Positions 13,901 to 25,900 of a DNA stretch of 64,000 nucleotides are shown piece by piece. The position numbers were made by a program, and so were the translations under genes. Every line of letters begins with the position of its first letter. Within the stretch, counting starts at the first letter, position 1. The notes under the pieces were generated by a model that did no database searches, was not told where the DNA came from, and saw nothing but the letters and a program-made list of their open reading frames with translations. This DNA comes from Hypanus sabinus (lineage: Eukaryota): the NCBI RefSeq assembly GCF_030144855.1, contig NC_082713.1, forward strand, positions 51,088,001 through 51,152,000, read 5' to 3'.

Positions 13901-16900
13901 GTCCTTGATGGAGCTGGCTGAGCTTACAACTGCCTGCAGTTTTTTCTGATCTTGTGCAGTGTCTCGCCACACCAGATAGTGATGCAGCCAGTTAGAATGC
14001 TCTCCATGATATATCTGTAGAAATTTGCCACAGTCTTTGGTGACATTCCAAATCTCAAATTTCTAATGAATTGTAGCTGTTGGCTTTCCTTCAGAATTCA
14101 TTAATATGTTAGACCCAGGGTAGATCTTCAGCGATATTGACACCCAAGAGCTTGAAACTGCTCACCCTTCCCACTGTTGACTCCTCAGTGAGAACTCTAG
14201 TGGGTTCTCTCAACTTTCCCTTCCTGAAGTCCATGATCAATTCTTTGGTCTTCTGATGTTGAGTACAAGGTTGTTCGTTGTGACAAATCAACCAGCCAAT
14301 CTATCACACTCCTGTACACCTCCTCAACAGTTGTATCATCGGCAAATTTGCATTTGTCCTGTGCGAAGCCACACAGTCATGGGTGTAGGGAGAAAAGGGT
14401 AGCTTTTTTTTATTAAAACTTTTTTTGAGTTTTCAAATAATTACAGAAATAAAAGAAAATATATGAAAATATATATATATACCCTACCCCCTTCCCCTTA
14501 ACCCCTCCCCCCTAACATCCCTATATAAAAAAGAAAGAAAGAAAGGAAAAAAAAAGAAAGAAAGAGTGCCTGGATATCGGAAGATCCCCACATGCTCCAT
14601 GGAGTTCGTAATAACTTTAGTATATATATTTACTTCTTTCCCCAAATAACCAATTATTTCATCTTCGGAGCACCTATATATTTAATCCTGTCTTTTGTAA
14701 ATAAGGGCGGCAAATTTTCAAAAATGTTTCATATTTATCTCTTTAAGTAATTTTTTCAAGTGGAATACAGCCATAAATTTCCTTCTTCCAACGATCTATA
14801 CTTAAGTATGTATCCGATTTCCAAGTAACTGCAATAGCCTTTTTGGCTACTGCCAATGCAATTTTTATAAATTCTTTCTGATATTTATTCAATTTGGGTT
14901 TAGGTTTTATCCCTTCAATATCGCCTAGTAAAAATAATATTGGATTATGTGGAAGTTGTGTTCCAATCATTTGTTCCAATAAAACTCTTAAATTTGTCCA
15001 AAAAGGTTGAATTTTAGAACAAGACCAAAAGGTTGAATTTTAGAACAAGACCAAGTAGAATGTAAAAAAGTACCGATTTCTTTGTTACATCGGAAACACT
15101 GATTGGATAAATTTGGGTTTAATTTATTTATTTTTTATAATATATAATTGATGTAAAAATTATATTGCACTAAATCTTAATCGGACATTTATTGTATTTG
15201 TCATACTATCAAGACATAGTCTTGACCAATTTGTTTCTTCAATTTTAATATTCAAGTCACTTTCCCATTTTTGTCTTGACTTATGGACTCCTTGTTTAAT
15301 TGCCTGCTTTTGAATCAAGTTATACATACAAGAGATAAATTTTTTAATCTTTCCTTTTTGAATTAAAGTTTCTATTTCATTAGATTTGGGCAATAACATT
15401 GTTTGACCTAATTTTTCTCTTAAATAAGTTGGAAGTAACAAAAAAGAGTATTGTTTGATACTTTATATTTATTCTTTAATTGATCAAATGACACTAATAT
15501 ACCTCCTTCAAAACAATCTCCTATATATCTAATCCCTTTTTGAAACCAATTATATAAAAGTTGATTATCCATTATAAAAGGAATAAGTCTATTTTGAATT
15601 AAAGATCTCTTTGCTAATAAAGATTTCTTCATCTCATCATCAACATTTATCTTATTCCATAAGTAAATCAAATGTTTTAATATAGGAGATTCTTTCTTTT
15701 CCCGTATCCATTTAGATTCCCATTTATATATAAAATCTTCTGGTGTATTTTCTCCTATTTTATCTAGTTCTATTCTAATCCATGCTGGTCTATCTTTCTC
15801 AAAAAAAGATGCAATAAACCTAAGTTGATTTGCTTTATAATAATTCTTAAAATTTGGAAGTTGTAACCCTCCTAGATTCTTGACATCTTACCTTTCCAAA
15901 GAAACTTCCTCACATATTTATTTAACTCTTGAAAAAACTTCTGGGGTAGTTGTATTGGTAGTGATTGAAATAAGTATTGTAGTCTAGGGAATATATTCAT
16001 TTTTATGGTATTTACTCTACCTACTAATGTTATTGGTAATACCATCCATTTATCAAGATCTTCTTGAATTTTTTTCAGTAATGATAAGTAATTTAATTTA
16101 TGTAAGTTCTTTATATCATTATCAACTCTTATACCTAAATATTTTATACCATTTGTCAGCCATCTAAATTGAGTTATTAATCGACATTGACTATAATCTC
16201 CTTTAGTAAGAGGTAAAATTTCACTTTTATCCCAATTTATTTTATAACCTGATATTTTCCCATATTCTTCTAATCTATAGGATAATTTACGCAATGAGTG
16301 CAATGGGTTTGTTAAATAAAGCAGAACATCATCAGCAAATAAGTTAAGCTTGTATTCTTCCTGATTAACTCTAAAACCCTTAATATCTGGGTCCATTCTA
16401 ATTAATTCAGCTAATGGTTCTATCGCCAACACGAATAAAGCAGGTGATAATGGACAACCTTGCCTAGTTGACCTTGTTAGCTGAAATGGTGTTGAAATTT
16501 GACCATTTGTCACTACTTTAGCTTTGGGATTAATATTTAAGGTTTTAATCCATTTTATAAAATATTCTCCTAATCCATATTTTTCCAATATTTTAAATAA
16601 AAAATCCCATTCCAATCTATCAAATGCTTTTTCTGCATCCAAAGCAACTGCCACACTCATTTCCTCCCTCTTTTGTGCCAAATGAATTATACTAAATAAC
16701 CAAGTTACATTATCTGCCGATTGTCTGTTTTTAATAAATCCTGTTTGATTCATATGTACTAATTTTGGCAAGTATTTAGATAATCTGTTAGAAAAGATTT
16801 TTGCTATTATTTTATAATTGTTTAATAAAGAAATAGGTCTATATGATGCTGGCTTTAAAAGATCTCTTTTTTTTTGGCAATACTATTAAAATATCTGTCA

Positions 16901-19900
16901 ATAAAGATTCTGGAAGTTTATGCGTTCTTTCCACTTGATGTATTAACATAAAAGGAGGAATTAATAAATCTTTAAACTTTTTATTATATTCAGGCGGAAA
17001 ACCATCTTCTCCTGGAGATTTATTACTTTGAAGTGATCCTAGGGCTTCTTTGACCTCTTTCAATGTAAAAGGCATATCTAATCCCTTCTGTTCTTCCGTA
17101 TTTAATTTTGGAAGAGTTACTTGTGATAAAAACCTTTCTATCTTGACATTATCATTTTGTGATTCTGATTTATACAACTCAGAATAAAAATTCTTAAAAG
17201 TTTCATTAATTTCTAAAGGTTTATAAGTAATTCTATTTACTCTTGTTCGAATTGCATTTATTGTTTTAGAAATCGGGTCTGTTTTTAACTGCCATGCAAG
17301 GACCTTATGTGATCTTTCACCTAGTTCATAATATCTCTGTTTAGCTCTCATAATTGCTTTTTTCTGTTCGATATGTCTGGAGTGTATTGTAACTTCTTAT
17401 TAATAAGTTGTCTTTGTTTTTCTTCTGCCATATTTCTTTGAGATTCGTTTTCTGATTTTGTAATCTCTTTTTCCAATTGATCTATTTCTATCATATATTC
17501 CTTCTTAATTTTAGAAGTATAACTTATTATCTGACCTCTCAAGTATGCCTTCATTGCTTCCCACAATATGAATTTATCATCAACTGAATGTGAATTTGTA
17601 TCTAAAGAGAACTGAATCTGCTTTTTCATAAATCACAAAAATCTTGACTTTTAGTAACATTGAATTAAATCTCCATCTATAAATTGATTCCTCTTTATCT
17701 GTCATTATCATTGTCATTATCAAAGGAGAATGATCTGACAATATTCTCGCTTTATATTCCTCATTTTTCACTCTATCTTGAATATTCGTTGATAATAGGA
17801 AAAAATCTATCCTTGAATATGTTTTATGTCTATTTGAGTAAAATGAGTAATCTCTTTCTTTTAGATTAATTCTTCTCCATATATCAATCAAGTTTAAATC
17901 TTTCATCAATGATAGAGTTAATTTTACTACTTTTGATTTTGTGACAACCTTTGTTGATCTATCTAAGACTGGATCTAGACAAAAGTTAAAATCTCCACCT
18001 ATTAATATTTTGTCATGTTCGTTAGCCAAATTCAAAAAGACCTCGTATAAATTTTACATCATTTTAATTTGGTGCATAAATATTCATAAAAGTCCGTAGT
18101 TCCGAAAAAATTTGACAATGTGTAATTACATATCTCCCCGCCGAATCAATGAATAAGTTTTGTATTTTAATTGGTAAATTTTTATTAACCAAAATTGCAA
18201 CTCCTCTCGCCTTTGAATTAAATGAAGCTGCAATAACATTTCCAACCCAGTCTCTTTTTAATTTCTGATGTTCTTTGTCTGTTAAATGTGTTTCTTGTAA
18301 AAAAGCTATATCTGTTTTCATTTTTTTAATGTATGTTAGAATTCTTTTTCTTTTTACTGGTCCATTAAGCCCATTAACATTATAACTTAAAAAATTCAGT
18401 AAATTAGTCATTATTTTTAATTATGTTACTCCAAGCTATTATAATATCTAATCTTTCAACTTTCGTGGTATCTTGGGAGATCTTTTTAAAATTCTCCATG
18501 TTGCTGTGTGTGTCCCCACCAATCATCCAGGCAGAAAGATAGAAGAAAAATAGAGTATAAAGAAAAAAACAAAATACCCCCCCTACTAATATTGTGGGGA
18601 AAAAAAGGAACACAACATTACCCCCCTTTGTTGTACGGGTCATGGCAATCGCCATGATTACACACGTGAATCCCGCAGTAAACGATCCAAAGCTCCCCAG
18701 CCCCCCCGCAACATAAAAAGTATATAGTATATATAAAAGACAAGAAAAAAAATACTATTCTCAATTAGTATTTCTGAAATTTTGCTTTTCTCCCCTGTAT
18801 CATCCTTAAATGTCCATCACTTCCATTCACTGTCTCTATCTTCATCTTTAATCCATCACGCTTGAAAGTCTCTATGCGTAATTAGCGAATAGATGGAAGT
18901 TTTTGTGCGAACTCCTCCGCTTCTTGATAATCGGTAAAAAATCTTCTTTTTCCGTCCTCCAAAAAAAATTATCAGCGTTGCTGGGTGACACATTATAAAT
19001 TTATAACCCTTTTCCCATAAGACATTTTTTGCTGGGTTAAATTCCTTCTTTCTCTTCAAAAGGTTATAACTTATATCAGGATAAAAAAGAACTGCCTTCC
19101 CTGCTATCATCAATGGCCCGTTTCTCTTTTTGGCACATTGGGCAGCCGCCTTCAGGATCTTTTCTTTATCTTGGTATCTTAAGCATCTTATCAGAATTGA
19201 TCGTGGATTTTGATCAGCTTGAGATCTTGACCTTAAGGCTCTGTGAGCCCTTTCGATCTCAATTAGAGTTTCTTCTTCCATTTCCAATATTTCAGGGATC
19301 CATTTTTGAAAAAAAATTATTGGATCGTCTCCTTCTATATATCTTCTTTAAGTCCAACTATTTTAATATTGTTTCGTCTACTAAAATTTTCAGGCTTATT
19401 AATTTTTTCCATAAATTGTTTTCTTTCTGATGTCCAGGCAGTAATATCATCTTTCATTTTATTCATTCTTTCAACCATGTCTTCCATTGTACTTTCCAAA
19501 TCTATAATTCTCTTTTCCATTTTTTCCCATCTTTTTGTCATTTTATCAAGCATCATCTCCATATTTGTCATGTTTCTTTTGATTACTTTTAATGCGCCTA
19601 GTTTACGCATTATTTGTATCAAAGTCTTTTCTATATTTCCAGAAAGACTTTTACCTCCATCCTCGTCTGGTTTTTCCAGAGAATCTGACTCTCCCTCAGA
19701 TTCACTTTCACTTTCTGTTTCAGTCGTAACTGGGATTTGTAGTTCTGGTTGCTCCCGTTTGCGCATGCTCCTTCCTTCACGTTTGCACAGTTCTCGTTGA
19801 TCTTTTCCTTTAGAAATGGTTGATGTTGCCGCAGATTCCTGTTCTGTATCGCTGGCGGTATAATGTACCTGAGCCCGCGGTTCTTTGGCAGAAGTGGGCC

Positions 19901-22900
19901 TTGATTCTGTTCCAACTTGCGTTGCCTTCACGGTAGTAGCTTTCTTCATCTTCTGTTTGTGAGGCATAACTTGAAACAATCCGGAGTAGTTTATAAGTAA
20001 CTTTTAGAAAGTATTGACTAACTTTTCTTCACTTAGACATTAATTTATTGATTTTTTACGGGAGAGCTGGGTTCCAGCGTCTCGATCCTACGTCATCACG
20101 TGACGTCCCCGAGAAAAGAGTAGCTTGATAAGCATGCTTTCTTGAGGTGTGCCTGTGCTGATTGTCAGCAAGGAGTAGATGTTATTTCCGATTTGCACTG
20201 ACTGTAGTCTCCTGGTGAGGAAGTCATGATCCAGTTGCAAAGAACAATATGGAGTCCCACGTTTTGAAGCTCATTGATTAGTACTGAGGAGGTGATGGTG
20301 TAATGTGCAAGCTGTACAGGTTTCCCCCGCTATCCGAAGGTAGAGTGTTCCTATAAAACCACTTGTAAGCCAAAATGTCGTAAAGTGAAGTAGCAATTTC
20401 CATTAATATATATGGGAAAATTTTTGAGCATTCCCAGACCCAAAAAATAACCTACCAAATCATACCAAATAACACATAAAACCTAAAATAACATGAACAT
20501 ATAGTAAAAGAAGGAATGATATGATAAGTATATAGCCTATATAAAATAGAAATATTGTATGTACAGTGTACATACAATATCAAAATTGGGAAGACAGCGA
20601 CCCAAAATTGATTTGGGGAAAAAGAATCGGCACGTATGCGTGCAGGCAGCAAAGCTTCACAGTTATGGTAATCTTTCTCAGGGTAAACACAAGTATAAAG
20701 TGGGCGTCTTTTTTCATAAAAGCGAAAATCACTAATATAGGTCTTTCATAACAGCAAGCTGTCATAAAGCGAACGTTGGAAAAACGGGGGCCACCTGTAA
20801 TCAGTAAGTAGCTGTCTGATGTAGGTATCATAGTTGTCCAGGTGGTCCAAGGCCAAGTGGTGAGCCAGTGAGATTGCATCTGCTGTTGACCTATTGTGGT
20901 GATAGAAAAATTGCTGCAGGTCCAGATCATTGCTTGGGCAGGAGTTGCTTCTAGCCATGAACACTTAAAACACCATCACAGTAAATGTGAGTGTAACTGG
21001 GCAATAGTCTTTGAGGAAGCTTGCCCTGCTCTTGGATGATCATGCTTTTTTGAAGCAGTTGAGAACCTCTGACTGCAGCAGTGAAAGTATTGTAAGGACA
21101 AGCAGTACTGTGCAAAAGTCTTAGGCACCCTAGATTTTTTATATAAATCTTGTTTTGGATGTTGATTTGTTGTCTTCTGCTTTAGTGTGTCAGTAGAAAA
21201 GAGCACATTTTAGATTTCCAAATATTCATTTACCAAAAAAACTGTTACAGAGAAAATTTTGAATTTCATTAAAGCGACGAAAGTAATGGGCCACTTTTCA
21301 AATATAAACTTGATTACTTTGTAGGAGTACAGCCCAGTGTATGATTAAACATAGATAACTAACAGGTGCTAGTTTTCAATGACCTAATGAATTGAATGAA
21401 CTCAATGCATGTCATCAAAAACTTTGGCAAACTTTTATAAATGTGTGGTGGAAAGTGTACTAACTGGCTGCATTATGGCCTAGTATGGTAACACCAATGT
21501 CTTTGAGCAAGTAGATTTGGCCCAGTACATCATGGTAAAGCCCTCCCAACTGCTGAGCATATCTACATGAAACATTGCCATAGAAAAGCAGCATTGATCA
21601 TCAAAAATCCTCACCACCCAGGCCATGCTGTTTTCTTGCTGCTGCCATCAGGTAGAAGATACAAGTGCCTCAGGACTCCCACCACCAGCTTCAAGTTACT
21701 ATCCTTTAACCATCAGGCTCTTGAACAAAAAGTGATAACTACACTCATTCTATTTCTGGTGTTCCCAAGACTTATGGTCTCACTTTAAGGACTCTTTATC
21801 TTGTTATTTCATGCTCTTTCATTTCATTTTTTTTTACTTGTTATTTATTGCTATTTATTTATATTTGCATTTGCACAGCTTATTGTTCATTGATCCTGTT
21901 TTCAGTTACTGTTCTATAGATTTGCTAAGTTTGCCCACAGGAAAAAGAATCTCAGTGTTGTAGGTGGTGACATGTATGTACTCTGATAATGAATTTTTTT
22001 TTGACCTTTGAACAAAACTGATTAACTGAAATAGAATGGGTGTAGAAGAAATCAAACTGGGCAAAGGACAATCAAACTAAAAGGTGAAGGTGTGGCAGAT
22101 GTGACATTTTAACCTTCAAATCATCAATCTTTATACCATGGCTAGAGTGAGCATAGCAAAAAACATATGGTGGTCATCAGCAAGGTCTCTCCCAAGCAGA
22201 TATTTTGCAGTAGACGGGAGTTTGAAGATGCATTGTCCAAGCTCTTCTGAAGAAGCTCAAAGTAACTGGGAAGGTTGAGGACCAGAAACATAGTGGTCGG
22301 CCAAGGAAACAGTGCTTCATACAAGAGATGCACCAAATGTCCTTTCTAAATCAGAAGTCCAGCACTGCTATCAGTTCTGAGCTCACAGAAACCACTGGAA
22401 CCCAAGTACATCCCTCTACATTCTGGAGATGTCTTGTCAGAAGTGGTCTTCATAGAAGAGTTGCTGCCAAAAAGCCATTCCTTTGAAATGGAAAGAAGAC
22501 CAAAAATCCTATGTGCAAAAACGCAAGGGCTGGGGTGCTGAACAATGGCAGCAAGTGCTCTGGACTGAAGAGTCAAACTTTGTAATTTTTGGCTCAAACA
22601 GGAGGCAGTTTGGCCATAGAAGAGCTGGAGAGCGCTACATAGATGAGTGTCTAGCCAAAAGTGAAGGACAGCGGAGGTCCCCTGCAAGTTTGGGGCTGCA
22701 TTTCTGCAAATGGAGTTGGTGATCTGGTCAGAATTAATGGAATTCTCAATGCAGAGAAGTACAAGTAGATTCTCTTACATCATGCAATACCATCAGGGAG
22801 ACATCTGATCAGTCCCAACTTTATTCTGCAGCAGGACAATGACCCCAACAAGGACCTCAGCGATAGGAGAACGAAGTGTTCTGCAACAGATGGTATGGTC

Positions 22901-25900
22901 TCTGCAGAACCCTGATCTCAACGTCATTGAGGCTGTCTGGGATAACCTGGAGAGACAGAAACAAGCGAAACAGCCAGTCTGCAGAAGAACTGAGGCAAAT
23001 TCTCTTAAGATGCTTGGAACAATCTACTAGCTAATTTTCTTATAAAACTGCATGACAGTTTACCTCAGAAAATTGAAGCAGTTTTAATGGCAAAGTGTGC
23101 TCACACTAAATAATTGATTTAATTTAGCTTTTTACCGTTTACTGCTCTTTATAGTAAATTTTTTGAAATTTTTAGTAACTTTTCATTGCATGATTTTTGA
23201 AACCATCCTTGCTTTACAGAATTTTTTTACATGTGCCTATGACTCTTGCTCAGAACTGTATCCTTACAATTTTGCAAAAGCTAGATGTTATCCATGTAAT
23301 AGATTTCTCTTTCTTGGTTACTCAATTTTTTGGAGTATCTGAAGGTATGCGAGCTGTGCTCCATAGCGCCCTCTGTAGTGTGAAACTGAACTAGAACACT
23401 GTATCTGCAACTTGATACAGTAATGATGTTATTGGGATGCTTGTTATAGTTATTTTAGGGTTTTGAGGAATATTAACGATTAAAAAAAATGTTCAGCTAA
23501 AGCAAGAATCAAAGATGAGCTTTGAATACGTACACAACACTGGAAGAACTCAGCAGGTCAGGCAGCATCCATGAGAAAAGAGTAGCCAACATTTTGGGCC
23601 AAGACCCTTCATCAGGAATGGTGGGGGGGAGAGAGAGAGAGAGGGCCGAAGCCCAGTAATAGAGATAGGGGAGGGGGTAGGACCTAGAGGCGCCAGTTGG
23701 AAAACCAATCAGAGGAAAGATAAGGGGGGAGGGGAGGGGATAAGCATGAAAGAACTGTAGAGATAAAGAAGCAAAAAGTTGAAAGGGGAGAGAGGCAGAG
23801 AGGGACCTGGGATAGGGAAAGGAGGAGGGGGAGGGAATTACCGGAAATTGGAGAATTCAATGTTCATACCACCAGGCAGGAGGCTACCCAGACGGTAGAT
23901 GAAGTATTGCTCCTCCAACCTGAGTTTGGACTCATCATGGCAGTAGAGGAGGCCATGTATGGACATATCTAGATGGGAATGAGTGGCAGAGTTGAAGTGG
24001 GTGGCCACCGGGAGGACCTGTCTATTGTGATGGACGGAGCATAGGTGCTCGACGAAGTGGTCCCCCAATCTGTGTTGGGTCTCGCCGATGTAGAAGAGGC
24101 CGCACAGGGAGCACCGGATGCAATAGACGAAACTCTGACAACACCGGATCCAATGGACAAAACTCTGATGACCTTCCCCTATCCCAGGTCCCTCTCTTCC
24201 TCTCTCCCCTTTCAACTTTCTGCTTCTTTATCTCTACAGTTCTTTCATGCTTATCGCCTCCCCCTCCCCCCTTTATCTTTCCTCTGATTGGTTTTCCAAC
24301 TGGCGCCTCTAGGCCCTACCCCCTCCCCTATCTCTATTACTGGGCTTCAGCCCTCTCTTCCCCCCCATTCCTGATGAAGGGTCTCGGCCCAAAACGTTGG
24401 CTACTCTTTTCTCACGGATGCTGCCTGACGTGCTGAGATCTTCCAGCGTTGATCCATAGCATCTGCAGTTGTATTTTTGTGCTAAAATGAGCTTTCTTGT
24501 TTTCTATCAGAATTCTTAATCCCTTAAGGTAAAACGTAACTTGTACCCACATTACCACCAAATGTACATATATTATGTATTGGTGTGTACATTCTTTAAT
24601 TATGAAAGAACTTCTCTGTTGATTGAACTAGCTTTAGGGTAAGAAGCACTTGGCAGCTGTTCAGTTTTGTATTTTTAGGGAAATATTTTAAACTTCTGTA
24701 TTAGATAATGAAAAAAAATGTTTTTAAATGTAAAATTTGGTTACCTCTTGGCCTGTATGAAACCTGAACCTGAGGGAGCTAATAATCTAGTGGGCAGGTT
24801 TTCTAGAGCTGTTGGGGAGAACTTAAAACTAATTTGACAGGGAGTTGGGAACCACTGTGATAGAAGTGGTGATGGGACAGTTGGTATAGGAGTAGATGCA
24901 GTGTGTAGTGAGATTGTGTGAGGAGGGACAGGCAGTTTAGAATTATATACAGGCCTCCAAACAGTAGTCAGGATGTGGGATCTAAATTAAAGCAGGAGAT
25001 AGAAAAGGCATGTAAAAAGGCCAGTCATGAGGGAATTCAATATGCATGTAGATTGGAAAAATCAAGTTGGTGCTGGATCCCAAGAGAGAGTATTTGTAGA
25101 ATGCCTATCAAATGGCTTTTTCAAGCAGCTTGTGGTTGAGCCCACTATGGGAAAGACAATTCCAAATTGGGTGTTGTGTGATGAACCAGATTTGTTTAGG
25201 AAGCTGAAGATGAAGGAACTCTTGGGAGGAAATGAAGCTAGTATTCTGCAATTTCAGAGCTGAAAGGTAAAGTCAGATGCATCAATATTACAGCGGAGTA
25301 CTGTAAAGGGATTTACAGAGAGAAGCTCACCAACTTTGATTGGAAGGGGGCACTAGCAGAGATGATAGAACAGCAATGGCTGGAATTTCTGGAGGCAATT
25401 TGGAAGGTGCAAGAGAGGTATGTCCTAAAGATGATGAAGTATTTTAAAGGGTGGATGAGGCCACCGTGGCTGGCAAGGGAAGTCAAAGAGGGGGCATATA
25501 ATATAAAATATAATATATAGAAGTTATTTCAGATACACCAGAAGTAAGTTGCAGAAAATGCAACTAAGTGGGACACATACAAAGATCATGCCAGACAGAC
25601 AAAAGTAAATGGACTGCACAGGAAAGAGATAAGAAGTCAAGTTGCAGTTTCAAAAAGAGCACTAATCTGTATGCTATTGATGAGAAATCTGACAATATAA
25701 GATTTGCACAGGACCAGGTAGCCTTGAGATTTACAAGAGACGGGCAGTATGGCTTGCACCAGAAGTGTAGAAATTAATTAAGATGGAATTGGACACAGGC
25801 TCAGCTGTTTCAGTCATTTCCCAAAATAAGTTTGAATGGCATTTCAAAGATACTGAACCAAAACTTGCAGGTATCCAACCAAGAACTTATTCTGGAGAAA

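Larger units (their letters stand above)
14404..20110 (-). mobile_element. Full-length L1-clade LINE (about 5.7 kb; ORF1 and ORF2 with frameshifts), antisense in UTP14A intron 2
   Basis: TSD GAGAAAAGGGTAGC (14390-14403) / GAGAAAAGAGTAGC (20111-20124); poly(T) at 14404. ORF1 about 19967-18856 (coiled coil, [26 protein letters not shown]). APE endonuclease: SYNVNGL, FLQETHL, GGDFN, SRIDF, SDH. RT: [26 protein letters not shown]-terminal [14 protein letters not shown] knuckle. Confidence 0.95.
13640..21095 (-). mobile_element. Rex1/Babar LINE fragment split into three pieces (13640-14403, 20111-20316, 20798-21095) by an L1 and a Tigger-like MITE
   Basis: [28 protein letters not shown] (14109..14291); [26 protein letters not shown] (20746..20964). 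The pieces are collinear once the inserts are removed. Confidence 0.75.

Noticed and set aside
14998-15054. Tandem duplication of about 27 bp in L1 ORF2
   Set aside because: A local duplication in a dead element; no functional implication.
19113-19915. ORFs of 105, 164 and 94 aa overlapping L1 ORF1
   Set aside because: Antisense or alternative-frame shadows of the ORF1 coiled-coil region; no independent evidence.
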